From the NCBI RefSeq assembly GCF_044704955.1, contig NW_027252668.1, positions 3,224,001-3,288,000 of the forward strand: a stretch of DNA of 64,000 nucleotides. Direction: 5' to 3'. The stretch is from Pristiophorus japonicus. Lineage: Eukaryota. Made by a program: the position numbers and the translations under genes. The notes under the pieces are model-generated. The model saw only the letters and a list, made by a program, of their open reading frames with translations, searched no databases and was not told where the DNA came from. Below, in pieces: positions 12,070 to 24,282 of the stretch; the stretch's first letter is position 1; the number at the start of each line of letters is the position of its first letter.

Positions 12070-12137
12070 GCTGAATGGGGAGAAATTACAACATGCTGCG
12101 GTGCAGAGGGACGTGGGGGTCCTTGTGCATGGAACTC
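12070..12137 (+). mobile_element. CR1 fragment, left part of the copy resuming at ~19340
   Basis: CTGAATGGGGAGAAATTACAACATGCTGCGGTGCAGAGGGAC.TGGGGGTCCTTGTGCATG (LNGEKLQHAAVQRD.GVLVH). Confidence 0.75.
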
Positions 12138-12309
12138 TTTTTGGGAGCAAACAAAAAACATTAAACCATGCCCCCCCGATCTGGGGGAAACACCAACCAT
12201 TTACAAGGCTTTTTTTTTTTCCTTTTTTTTCTCCAAGTGCCCCCTATAAAAGGAGAGGGGGACACTAAAAGCACCGGCAATTAAAACAAATTAACTTAAA
12301 AACATAAAA

Positions 12310-15300
12310 TCAAATTAAAATTTGGTTGCCGGGCGTGATGATGCACTCCAGTCCCTCCGGTGCCCACCTCTCGCGGAAGGCCGCGAGCGTACCGGTGCAC
12401 ACCGCATGCTCCATCTCCAAGGACACCCTGGACCGGATGTATGCGCGGAAGAGAGGCAGGCAGTCTGGCTGAATGACCCCCTCGACCGCCCGCTGCCTGG
12501 ACCGGCTGATGGCACCCTTGGCCGTGCCCAGGAGCAGTCCTACGAGGAGGCCCTTGGACCTACCCGCTCCCCTCCGCACAGGGTGCCCGAAGATCAGGAG
12601 TGTGGGACTGAAGTGCAGCCAGAATTTCAGGAGCAGCCCCTTTAAATAACAAAACAGGGGCTGCAACCTCGTGCACTTAATAAAAACATGGAACACGGAC
12701 TCTTCCAGACCGCACAAATTGCAGGCGGCCTGGGAGCCCGTGAACCGGCTTAAAAATTTATTGCACGGCACTGCTCCGTGCGCCACCCTCCAGGCCAAGT
12801 CCCCGATAAATAGTGGGAGGACCCCTGCGTAGAGTGCCCTCCATCGGACCCCCGCCTCCTTCGGACGGCAGGATGGTACGCCATGGCGTGTCTGGACGGC
12901 AGGCGAGGATGGCAAAGTTGAGAGTGTGCAGGAGCAGCCCGTACAGGAAACCCCTCCGCGCGGAACTGAAAGGCACGGAGGCTCAAGTTTTGAGGCGCCG
13001 GCCCCCGAGGGAGGTTCCGGGGTTTGGCGCCGATGAGGAATTCCGTCCGGACGGGGGTCAGTTCGGACGGGATCTCCCCACGTGCTTGAGCCTCCTTGAT
13101 GCACCTAACAGAGTCGGGGCCCAGAGCTCTTTTTAGCGACTCGATGGCATCGGCCGCGTGGCGGACGTTGGCAGAATTTAGGTGCCGCGCCAGCGTGTCT
13201 GGCGCCATCCAGCCCGCTCCTCCGCCATCGAGCAGGTCCCTGACCCTGGTCACCTCACCAGCCACAGCCCTCTCGTCCGACCGCCACAAAAAACCTCGGT
13301 CATGGAGGTACGGATTCATGAGCAGCGGCTCCTGCAGGGCGGCCGCCACTCCAGCCGGTGGAGAGCTGCGCTTGGTGGAGACTTTGTTCCAGACCCTGAT
13401 GAGTTCCTTGTAAAAGACAGGCAGCTCCCGGGGGGCGGTCCTGATGCCCCCCACACTCACAAACAGGAGCTGCGTGTCGTAGTTGAGGCCGTGCTGCTGG
13501 CGGAAGAAATACATCGCCAGAGCATGCCACCTAGGAGGGGGCTCAATGTAAAGGTATCTCTGCAGGGTCTGAAGATGGAAAGTCTCGAGCTGGGTGCTGA
13601 CGCACACCAACGACTGACCGCCCTCCCCAAGCGGGAGACTCAAGACCGCGGCAGAGACCCAGTGCTTCCTGTTGTTCCAGAAGAAGTCCACCAGCTTCTT
13701 CTGTATCTTGGCGACAATCGCAGGGGGAGGGGTCAAAGTGACCAGCCGGTACCACAACATGGCGGCCACCAGCTGGTTTATGACTAGCGCTCGACCCCTG
13801 TAGGACAGCACTCGGAGCAGTCCTGTCCAGCGCCCTAGGCGAGCGGCGACCTTGGCCTCCAGCTCCTGCTAGTTCGCCGGCCAGGCTTCCTCGTCGGGGC
13901 TAAGGTAGACTCCCAGATAGAGGAGATGGGTCGTGCTCCAGGTAAAAGGCCTGAGCTCCTCCGGCAGGGAGTCCACCCGCCACTCACCCACCAGGAGTCC
14001 GGAATATTTCTCCCAGTTGATTCTGGCGGAGGATGCGGCCGAGTAAATCTCCTGGCACTCACGCATCCTCCGCAGGTCAGCGGGATCCTCTACCGTGAGG
14101 AGCACGTCATCGACGTAAGCCGAGAGGACGAACTCCACGCCCGGCCCTTGCAGAGCCAGTCCCGTCAACCTCGTCTGCAGGAGGCGCAGGAAAGGCTCCA
14201 CGCAGACGGCATATAACTGGCCGGACATGGGGCATCCCTGGCGCACCCCTCTCCCAAAGCGAAGGGGCGCCGTCAAGGACCCGTTAACCTTAATCAGACA
14301 CTCCGCGGCAGCGTACAAAAGTCGGATCCGGGCGACGAAATGCGTCCCGAACCCGAAAGTGCGCAGAGCTCCGAGCAGATAGTCGTGATCCACCCTGTCA
14401 AACGCCTTCTCTTGGTCGAGGGATAGGAAGGCGACCGACAGACCAGCCTCCTGGGAGTAATGGATGAGGTCCCGGACCAGATGGATGTTATCGTGGATTG
14501 TCCGGCCCGGGACCGTGTAGGACCGGTCGGGGTGGATCATGTGGTCCAGCACGGCACCAAGGCGAGCAGACATCACCCTGGCGCAGATTTTGTAGTCCGT
14601 GCTGAGGAGGGAGACCGGGCGCCAGTTCTTAAGGAGGGGGAGATTGCCCTTCTTAGGCAGCAGGACGATGACTGCCCTGCGCCAAGAGAGGGGCATCTCC
14701 CGGTCGCCAGACTTTCCCCCAGGACACGCGCGTAGTCGCCCCCCAGGACGTCCCAGAACGCCCTGTGGAACTCCACGGTCAGCCCGTCCAGCCCCAGGGC
14801 TTTTCCCCCCGAGAGCCGGTCGAGGGCGCCGGTCAGCTCCGCCAGGCTTAGCGGAGCTTCCAGATTTTCGGCACCCTCCGGGCTGATCTTCGGCAGGTCC
14901 TCCCACAAAACTCAACGCACTTCCTCGCTGGACGGCTCCGGAGAGAACAGGGCCCCGTAATATTCACGGGCCCTGTTGTTGACGCCCTCCGGATCCGAGA
15001 CGAGAGAGCCGTCGTCGGCCAGCAGCGTCAAGAGCTGCTTACGGACACCCTGTCTTTTTTCCAGCGAGTAGAAGAAGGGGGAGCCGCGGTCCAGATCCCG
15101 CAGGAACTGGATCCGCAACCTCACGAATGCACCTCGGGACCCGATGAGCTGCAGGTCCTTCAGCGTGGCCTTCTTCGCTTCGTACACCGTCCGCAGGGCC
15201 GGGTCCCCGACGACTTGACCGAGACAGGACTCCAGGTCTCTAGGCGCCCGATCCTGGCCGCCCGCCTCTTGGTCAACCCCCTCGCGTACTCTTGACAGAA

Positions 15301-16152
15301 GACGCGGACGTGAGCCTTGCCCACGTCCCACCATAGCCTCAAGGAGGGGAAGCCCCCCTGCTTCCTTCTCCAGTCGGCCCAGAAACGACGGAACGAGTCC
15401 TGGAACTGCACGTCCTCCAGCAGCTGGTTGTTAAAATGCCAGTACGCGGACCCCGTCCTCGCGCGGAGCGAAGCGAGCTCCGCCCACACCAGGTGCACGG
15501 AGGCCGCCGGGACGCAGGAAACGTACGCCCGAGACACGTAAAGGCGGTCGACTCTGGACCATCCTACTCCAGGCCTCACCCAAGTAAAGGCGCTGGAGTC
15601 GGGATGGAGATTTCGCCAGACGTCCACCAAGTCGAAGGACCCGACGAGGTCCCTCAACTTCTCCATCACCGTCATGCTCTGCGGGGCACCGGAGCGGTCC
15701 CTTGCCTCGAGGGTGCAGTTAAAATCCCCCTCGAGGACAATGCAGTCGCCGACGTTGACGGAGCCAAGAAGAGCGGACACCTCTTCGAAGAAGCGCGTTT
15801 GCTGCGGGCCGGGCTGAGGGGCGTACACGTTCACGAGATGGAGCGGCACATCACCCAGGCGAACCATTATGTGCAGCAAGCGGCCTGGCATGGGCTCCTC
15901 GACCCCCAAGATCTCCGGCTGAAAATGCGGGGCCAGCAAGATGGCCACCCCACTAGAAGTGGCGGTGAGGTGGCTCAGGCGGACCTCTCTTTGCCATTCC
16001 AGGAGCCACGTGGCTTCGTCTCCCGGAACGGTGTGGGTTTCTTGCAGGAAACACGCCACATATTTCCCCTCCCGCAGGAGCGAAAAATTGTTAAATCTAC
16101 GGCGTGCCTCTCTGCTGCCGTTGATGTTGAGGCTGGCAATGGTTATCTTCAT
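12310..16152 (-). pseudogene. Tx1 ORF2 (endonuclease, reverse transcriptase, C-terminal CCHC), frameshifted
   Basis: MKITIASLNING, FLQETH, GDFN, WRPVSLLSTDYK, LDQEKAFDRV, GVRQGCPMS, YVDD, CNLCGLEESVFHVFIKC, spread over several ORFs. Confidence 0.92.
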
Positions 16153-16173
16153 GACAAGAGCATAGTGCAACCT

Positions 16174-18253
16174 CTACTTAACCTGTTGTGGGGAGGGAGT
16201 GGAGTCGTTTGTTGACCTCCACTCCTTCAGCAGCCCAGCGAGGAACTTTTTGAGCCGGCGCAGCTCAAGGCCATGCGCCTTTGATAAGGGCCCGCCCGCG
16301 GCCATGGTTTTAGCGGCGACGCGGACGGAAGCGATGAGCAGCCCCGGCTCGGACCATCTTTCCCGGGCCAGATGGGTTCGGTTGCGGCGACCCTGGCTCT
16401 GGACCAAAAAGTCCCGGAGTTCATCTCCGGGAATGAGGGGGGACTCAGCGGCGGGCACGAGGAGATCCACCGCCTCACTGGCGATGGACTCGAGATCTTC
16501 ACCCGCGTCCTCCACCGAGTCCCCGTCCCCCTCCGGGAGGTCGCCGCTAGCAGCCGGCCCGTCGACCGCACGAGATACGGCAAACGGCCCGGCCGCTCCA
16601 TCCGGCCCTGGCTCTGCCCCGATCCCACCCCCAGGATCAGCGACAGAGAAGTCCCCACTGGGCTCTTTTAAAATTGGTGCTGGGTCAGGAAGCGACAGCG
16701 GAAGGGGTTCCTCCTCCGCCCCAGGAGTCGGGGAAGGCGGAGAGACCTGGTCAAAGTAATGTTCCAGGTCCACCAAGTCCCTCAGCTCTAAAGTAGGGGG
16801 CGAGGGTTGTTGTTCTTCCCCCTCCCCGCCGCCACCCCCCGGCCCAGTGTGTACAGAATCTTTAAAATTATTCATAATTTCAGTTTCTGCCGGGTCGAGC
16901 GACTCCCGGGGGAAGTTGGTTAATAGCTGGGCGGGCTCAAGTTCGGCCTTTTCGGCCCCGCCCGCCTCAGTCCCCGGGACGCTCGGCCCGGCGGCAATGC
17001 ATTCCTCCGCTGGCCCCACGCCCCCGACGGGCAGATCTTCCACGCCATCCCCGGGAGGCAGAGGCTGGGCAGCCTCGACTGTCTCACCCTCCCCGGGGAC
17101 AGATTCCTCCTGCCTACGGCGCAGTTTGGGGGCGCTGGTGGGGGACGCAGGACACGCGGTGGGCACCGACTCCTCCACGGAGGGATGTTGTTCCCCCCCC
17201 GCCTCATTGGAGCGGCGCCTCCTTTTGTTCCTGGGGGGGCGCGGAGGCAGGGAGACCTCCATGTCTGCCGAGGCCTCCCGCTCCACCCCCCCCTTTTTCT
17301 TTTCTTGCCCGCGCCCGAGCCCCTCTGTGATACTGGTCAAGGGCTCGGGCACGGGCTCAGGGCACCCCGCACTCGCCGGTGACGGGGTTGGGCCGAGTGC
17401 GGTAAACAGATTGTCTTGCGCACCGAGGGGACCCGCCTCTAGATGTTTCGTCTTCTTCCGCGCCTTCTTTCCGGTCGGACGCTCTCCCTCCCCCCCGCTG
17501 GAGGCCATGAAAACAAAGGCCCCCGACGATGCCCGCGCACCTACGGCTCCCGGCACGCGGACGCAACTAGGGGGAGGGGTGGCGGCGGCGCCAGCCTTGG
17601 CCGCCTTCGATGGTTTGGCGGCTTTGGAGGCGGGGCAGTTCTTGCGAACGTGCCCCACTTCCCTGCAGGCATGGCACCGCACGCCGTCCGATGTCCAGAA
17701 GACGCGGTAGGCAGTCCCCTCGTGCACCACATTAAAATTGCCCTCTGTTGTCTCCTCCCGCGCTAGCCGGACAAAGAGCTGGCGGCGGAAGGAGAACACA
17801 TGGCGCAGGCTGTTCTCCCTGAGGCCGAGCGGTATGGGGTTGATCCCCGACCTTACCTCCCCCAGTTGGTGTAGGTGAGGGAGGAGGAGCTCAGCGGGAA
17901 CAAAGGGCGGGATGTTCGATAGAATGACCCTCTGCGCGGTGGCCTCGAGAGGATCCACCGGCAGGAACGCCCCGCCCACCGTGAGCCCCTTTTCAATGGC
18001 CAGGGACACCGCTCGCTCCGACCCCAGGAAGAACATGGCCTTCCCAGACATCTTGGAGGCTGAGGGGCCGACTACCACAGCCATCGCCTGCACGCACTCC
18101 TCAATGCTCATTGTGGGGTGAGTGTAGCTCTTGACCCCGTGTTTCTTGGTTATGTCTGAATGGTGGCAGGGCAGCAGGAGGCGCCGTGGATGTGGACGCC
18201 GCCTGCGCATAAGTCTTAGCTGGCCCTGCCACTGGCGTGGATGGGGTCGCCAT
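16174..18253 (-). pseudogene. Tx1 ORF1 (gag-like nucleic-acid-binding protein), one 5' frameshift
   Basis: RVILSNIPPFVP, CHACREVGHVRKNC zinc knuckle; probable start MATPSTPVAGPAKTYAQAAS at 18253 in another frame. Confidence 0.85.
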
Positions 18254-19214
18254 CACGGGGTCCCTTTAAGGGCTACACCCACCCCAAAGTCACAGGCCTT
18301 AATGGTCTTAAATTGGCCTCGTTTGAATGTATGAGCAGAGGAGCTCTGAAAGAGGCACACCTCTCCCCTAGTTGGCAATTGGGGAGGGGCCTTGCTCCCT
18401 CTGCTCAGTTGTCTTAATTGGGTTTTTTTAAAGAAATTAGGAGGAAAGGGCTCTCAGAGAGAGAGGGGAGAGACAGAGAGAGAGAGATAGAGGGAGGGGT
18501 TGGGAAGGAGGGAAGCTGCGAGGGCAGGTCTCCCCTCACAGCGATGGGTGGGTGCACTCCCCAGATGTCAAACAAAACAGTCTTTGGGGTGGTCTTCGGG
18601 TGGGGGGAGAAGATGTCTTCGCCTGGGGCAGCTGGAGCCACACAGGTACACACTCCCAACGATGTTAATTAGGGTGATTGAGTTTCTTCAGCCTGGTAGC
18701 TCCAGCTATCCCAGGCTAGGCAATGGGGGAGGGGTGCTTCAGTGGTGTGTGGGCCTAGCTGTAGGCAAGACCCCCACACATACTTCCACACACACACACA
18801 CACCCCCCGCAATGTTCCGGCCCTCGATTGGTCTTCTTTCCTCCCCCCACCGATACAACAAAGTCTTTTTGGGGAATGCACCAAAACACACCCACCTTTG
18901 GCTGAAGAAGTCTTTCCCTCCTTCCACACTGGTAAGTTGTTCTTTTTTCCCCCTCTCTCCAACTCTTTGTAGAATTAATCAAGTTGTTGCAGTCTTCTGC
19001 TCTCCTCCTCTCACTCTGGATGAATGGTAATGAAGCCCCTTCCTTCCTGGTCTGGTCTCAGGGCTCTCAAAGGCCTCCCAGACAGGAGCAAAAGCAGCAG
19101 CTCCTTCTCTCACTGCTCACGGCTCCAACTCATTAGGCCATGCCTCCAAAGCTCCACCATTGGTCCTTGTGCATGAAACTCTTTTTGGGTAAAATATTAA
19201 TTCTGAAAGAACAG

Positions 19215-19286
19215 TGACCCCCAGGTGGTTTGAACACGCAACCTTCTGATCTGTAGTGAGACGCGTTACCGTTGCGCCATGAGGCT
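19215..19286 (-). tRNA. tRNA-Trp-derived pseudogene (anticodon now ACA)
   Basis: AGCCTCATGGCGCAACGGTAACGCGTCTCACTACAGATCAGAAGGTTGCGTGTTCAAACCACCTGGGGGTCA matches the vertebrate tRNA-Trp(CCA) body with several stem-breaking changes; A and B boxes recognisable. Confidence 0.85.
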
Positions 19287-19339
19287 TACACTCAGAATGA
19301 TTAGTTGTGCAACATGAACAACTCTGAGGGGGCATCTGG

Positions 19340-20038
19340 AAAGGTTAGTTTGCAGGTGCAGCAGGTAATCAGGAAGGCGAATGGAATGCTGGCCTTCATT
19401 GTGAGAGGGATGGAGTACAAAAGCAGGGAGGTCCTGCTGCAACTGTATAGGGTATTGGTGAGGCCCCATCTGGAGTACTGCGTGCAGTTTTGGTCACCTT
19501 ACTTAAGGAAAGATATACTAGCCTTGGAGAGAGTACAGAGACGATTCACGAGGCTGATTCTGGAGACGAGGGGGTTACCTTATGATGACAGATTGAGCAG
19601 ACTGGTTCTTTACTCGTTGGAGTTCAGAAGGATGAGGGGTGATCTTATAGAAACATTTAAAATAATGAAAGGGATAGACAAGATAGAGGCGGAGAGGTTG
19701 TTTCCACTGGTCGGGGAGACTAGAACTAGGGGGCACAGCCTCAAAATACGGGGGAGCCAATTTAAAACCGAGTTGAGAAGGAATTTCTTCTCCCAGAGGG
19801 TTGTGAATCTGTGGAAATCTCTGCCCAAGGAAGCAGTTGAGACTAGCTCATTGAATGTATTCAAATCACAGATAGATAGATTTTTAACCAATAAGGGAAT
19901 AGAAGGGTTACGGGGAGCGGGCGGGTAAGTGGACTGAGTCCACAGCCAGATCAGCCATGATCTTTTTGAATGGCGGAGCAGGCTCGAGGGGCCAGATGGC
20001 CCACTCATGTTCCTAATTCTTATGTTCTTATGTTATGT
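19340..20038 (+). mobile_element. CR1 3' end (right part of the interrupted copy)
   Basis: KVSLQVQQVIRKANGMLAF...[13 protein letters not shown]; tail TTCTTATGTTCTTATG. Confidence 0.92.
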
Positions 20039-20204
20039 AAACACCCTGCACGGAATGATCCCAAATTGAGCATCTCCAGGGGACAAGGCTCCCAGCTTTA
20101 ATCATTCTCTGTCCTTTCCCCCCAGGCCCAGTTCCTTTGTTCAGATTCTGATAAAAGTAAATTGGGAAAAGTACACTTTGATTTTTACAGGCTGAATTAT
20201 TGCA

Positions 20205-20460
20205 GAGCTGCGCATGCGCGGCTCAGCCCCACCCCCTGTGTCGATTCCCAGTGTGCAGAAGAGCGCATGCGCCCTCCCCTCCTCCAGTCCTGCCTGTGAT
20301 CACCATTCACTCAGTGAGCGGAAGAAGATGGTTTCAAACAACCGGAAATGGAGAGCACGCGGCCCCGGGGTAAGGCAACAAGCAGCAGCCTCCTTACAGC
20401 AGCGCAGCGCTTTGGGAGCGTGTCCGCAGATGGGCTCAGAGACCGGCACTGAGTCCGGGG
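20205..20460 (+). promoter_or_regulatory. CpG-island promoter and putative non-coding exon 1, likely of the ZNF gene at 25597
   Basis: Two NRF1 sites GCGCATGCGC (20209-20220, 20263-20272), ETS CGGAAG/CCGGAA, YY1-like AAGATGG, donor GG|GTAAGG at 20370. Confidence 0.6.
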
Positions 20461-20484
20461 AGAGTTCAGGGGCTGTGTGTAAGG

Positions 20485-20860
20485 GGCGGTGTGGAGCAAG
20501 AACCAGTGTCAGTGCGTGGGGGAAGGGAGAGGCCATTCTCGGGCTGTGTGTGGACAGTGTGTGTCCAGGGGGAAGGGAGACAGAATGGGCAGAATCTGCT
20601 GTTTACAATCATTGCTGCTTTCTCTCTCCTAACCAGGACTGAACGTTCCTGGTTTAGTTCCGTCGGGGGCTGTTTGTTTGTCAGAGGCAGAGTGGAGCAG
20701 GAACTAGTTCCGGAGCATGGAGTGAGTGGGGGAAGGGAGAGGCCATTCTCGGGCTGTGTGTGGACAGTGTAAGATAACAGAGAAAGTAAATCACCTCGCT
20801 CTTTCAAATCGTTGCTGCTTTCTTTCCCCAAATCAGTAGTGAATGTTCCTGATTCAGTTC
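20485..20860. repeat. ~210-bp degenerate direct duplication
   Basis: GGGGGAAGGGAGAGGCCATTCTCGGGCTGTGTGTGGACAGTGT occurs at ~20518 and ~20728. Confidence 0.7.
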
Positions 20861-21399
20861 CAATCTCACCGTGTCTGTTGTTCGTGGACAGTGAACAGTG
20901 GAAACATAACCTGGCTGTGAGGATGTGAGGAGTTTCACAAAGTGCATCTATTGCAGGAGAGGAGTGTGGGAGAAAATATTTTAAAACTGGTTATATTGTC
21001 TGGTGCATTGAGTTCTCCAGAACCGTGTTGCTGGTGATCGAGAGATACATTGTTCTTCTCTAAGATCCATCATAATCTTCACCTGCATCTTGTGACTAAT
21101 ATTGTTCTTGTATGATTATTCTCAGAGCAATATTCTTCAACCAGCCAGAACAAATGAGAGCTTTCCTCCACCCGGAACACGAGGAACAGTTCAGGCAACT
21201 CCTTCTCCCACACAGTAAGTACATTATCACTCACAGAGCGTAGGGAAACAGAACTGGCCTCAATCCTATTATCACAGGCAGCAGAATCAGTCAGTCCCAC
21301 AGTGATCCGAAATGGCAGAGTGACATTGTGAATTTTGCAGCCACATGGAGCAGTAGAATCAGATGCTGTTTCACCATTGAAACCGATCACACTGGCAGG

Positions 21400-22835
21400 T
21401 ACATTAAACACCCACACTCACTTGCCAGAAACTGTCAGGTAGAGAATAAAACCCCTATCGGAACAAATAACAAATAGATAGTATAAATCGTACTCTCATA
21501 TCAGAAGCTGATGGGTACAGAGCAAAAGCCATATTCAAGTTTCAGAATCTGACGGATTCAGTATTTAACCCCCAGAACATACCAGAAGATGACAGGTGCA
21601 GAATAAAACCCACATTCCTGTACCATAGACTGACACATACAGTATACAACACACACACACATACATGAAAGTGACAGTAACAGAATAAAATCCGCACTTG
21701 CACACCAGAGAGTGACAGGTAAAGTGTAAATCCCATGTGCACATATCCAAAAACTGAAAGGCAGTAAGTAAAATTGGTACTTGCATCGCAGAAACTGATA
21801 GGGGCAGAGTAAAACCCACATGCACACACCAGAAAAATGAAGGTAGAAGGCAAAATCTTCACTCCCATATCAGAGAAATATAGGTAAAAAGTAAAATTGA
21901 TCCTCACATTCACATACCAGATACAGAGTAAATTCCACACTCTCACAGCAGGAACTGACAGGTACAGACTAAGACACACAATCAAGTAGCAGGAACAAAT
22001 AGGTACAGATTAAACCCAGACCAACATAGCAGAAACTTAGAGGCACAGATTAAACCTCAACACACATACCAAAACCTGACAGGTACAGAATAATACACAC
22101 ACTCGCACATCAGAGACTGAGGATACAGTATAAAACCCACACTCACATATCAGAGGCTGACATTAAAATCTACATTCCCATAACATAAATTGACAGACAC
22201 AGTGAAATGCCATACTCACTTATCAGTACTTGACAGGTACAGAGTAAAGACATCTCTTCCATAGCAGAAACTGACAGGTACAAAGAAAAGCCCACTCAAT
22301 TAAGCAGAAACTGGCAGGTGTAGAGTAAGGCCCACAATCACATATCAGAACTTGACAGGTACAGAATAAAACCCAGACTCCCATAACAGAAATGGAGAGA
22401 TACAGAGAAAGGCCCACACTCACATACCAGAGACAGATAGATACAGAGTGAAACTCAGACTCATTTACCAGAGACTGACAGATTCAGCATAAACACTCAC
22501 CTCCATAACAAAAATTGACAGAAAGTAAAACGAATACCCTATCAGGAATTGGTGGTACACAGTAAAACAATACTAACATACTGGAGAATGACGGGTATGA
22601 AGTAGAGCTCACATTCACGTAACAGAGATGGACAGATAGAGCACAAAACACACACACTCACACACCAGGAATGGAAAGATGCAGAATGAAACCCACAGGC
22701 AATTACCAGAAATTGACAGGTACAGGATAAAACCCACACTCTCGTATTAGAAACTGACACACACAGTAAAATGCTCATCCACATACCAGAGATGGGCAGA
22801 TACAGAGTCAATCCACATTCATATACCAGACACCC
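21400..22835. repeat. Old degenerate ~43-bp tandem repeat
   Basis: CAGAAACTGACAGGTACAGAATAAAACCCACACTCACATAC-like units. Confidence 0.85.
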
Positions 22836-22839
22836 ACAA

Positions 22840-24279
22840 TATAAGAAAATAAGAACATAAAAAATAGGAGCAGGAGTCGGCCATACGGCCCCTCGAGCCT
22901 GCTCCGCCATTTAATACGATCATGACTGATCCAAATCATGGACTCAGGCCCAATTCAATGCCTGCTCCCCATAACCTCTTATTCCCTTATCGGTGAATAA
23001 ACTGTCTATCTCGATCTTAAATATATTCAATATCCCAGCTTCCACAGCTCGCTGAGGCAGTGAATTCCACAGATTTACCACCCTCTGAGAGAAGAAATTT
23101 CTTCTCATCTCAGTTTTAAATGGGTAGCCCCTTATTCTAAGATTATGCCTCCTAGTTCTAGTCCCCCCTATCAGTGAAAACATTCTCTCTGCATCCACCT
23201 TGTCAAGCCCCCTCATAATCTTATACATTTCGATAAATCACCTCTCATTCATTCTTCTGAATTCCAATGAGTGGAGGCCCAACCTCTTCTCATAAGTCAA
23301 TCCCTTCATCTCTGGAATCAACCTAATGAACCTTCTCTGAACTGCCTCCAAAGCAACTATATCCTTTCATAAATATGGAAACCAAAACTGCACGCAGTAT
23401 TCCAGGTGTGGCCTCACCAATAACCTGTAACCTGTATAACTGTAGCAAGACTTCCCTGCTTTTATACTCCAGCCCCTTTGCAATAAAGGTCAAGATTCCA
23501 TTGGCCTTCCTGATCACTTGCTTCACCTGCATACTAACCTTTTGTGTTTCATGCACAAGTACCCCCAGGTCCCGCTGTACTGCAGCACTTTGCAATCTTT
23601 CTCCATTTAAATAATAACTTGCTCTTTGATTTTTTTTCTGCCAAAGTGCATGACCTCACATTTTCCAACATTATACTCCATCTGCCAAATTTTTGCCCAC
23701 TCACTGAGCCTAACTGTGTCCTTTTGCATATTCTTTGTGTCCTCCTCACACATTGCTTTTCCTCCCATCTTTGTATCATCAGCAAACTTGGCTACGTTGC
23801 ACTCAGTCCCTTCTTCCAAGTCGTTAATATAGATTGTAAATAGTTGGGGTCCCAGCACTGATCCCTGTGGCACCCCACTAGTTACTGATTGCCAACCTGA
23901 GAATGAACCATTTATCCCGACTCTCTGTTTTCTGTTAGTTAGCCAATCCTCAATCCATGCTAATATATTACCCCCAACCCCGTGAACTTTTATCTTGTGC
24001 AGTAACCTTTTATGTGGCACCTTGTCAAATACCTTCTGGATGTCCAATTACACCACATCCACTTTATCCTCCCTGTTCATTACATGCTCAAAGAATTCCA
24101 GCAAATTTGTCAAACTTAATTTCCCCATCATTAATCCTTGCTGACTCTGCCTGACCGAATTTTGCTTTTCCAAATGTCCTGCTACTGCTTCTTTAATAAT
24201 GGACTCCCAACATTTTCCCAACAACAGATGGAAGGCTAATTGGTCGACAATTTCCTGCTTTTTGTCTGCCTGTTTTTTC
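22840..24279 (-). mobile_element. CR1 LINE 3' half
   Basis: ATAAGAACATAA tail; minus ORFs with [17 protein letters not shown]. Confidence 0.92.
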
Positions 24280-24282
24280 ACC

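Larger units (their letters stand above)
12146..19161 (-). mobile_element. Full-length (~7 kb) decayed Tx1-clade (L1 superfamily) non-LTR retrotransposon
   Basis: ~0.9-kb 5'UTR, ORF1 with CCHC knuckle, ORF2 APE-RT-CCHC; flanked by 28-bp direct repeats 12118-12145 and 19162-19189. Confidence 0.9.

Noticed and set aside
19215-19286. Functional tRNA-Cys(ACA)
   Set aside because: Body is Trp-type with mismatches in the acceptor, anticodon and T stems; treated as a pseudogene.
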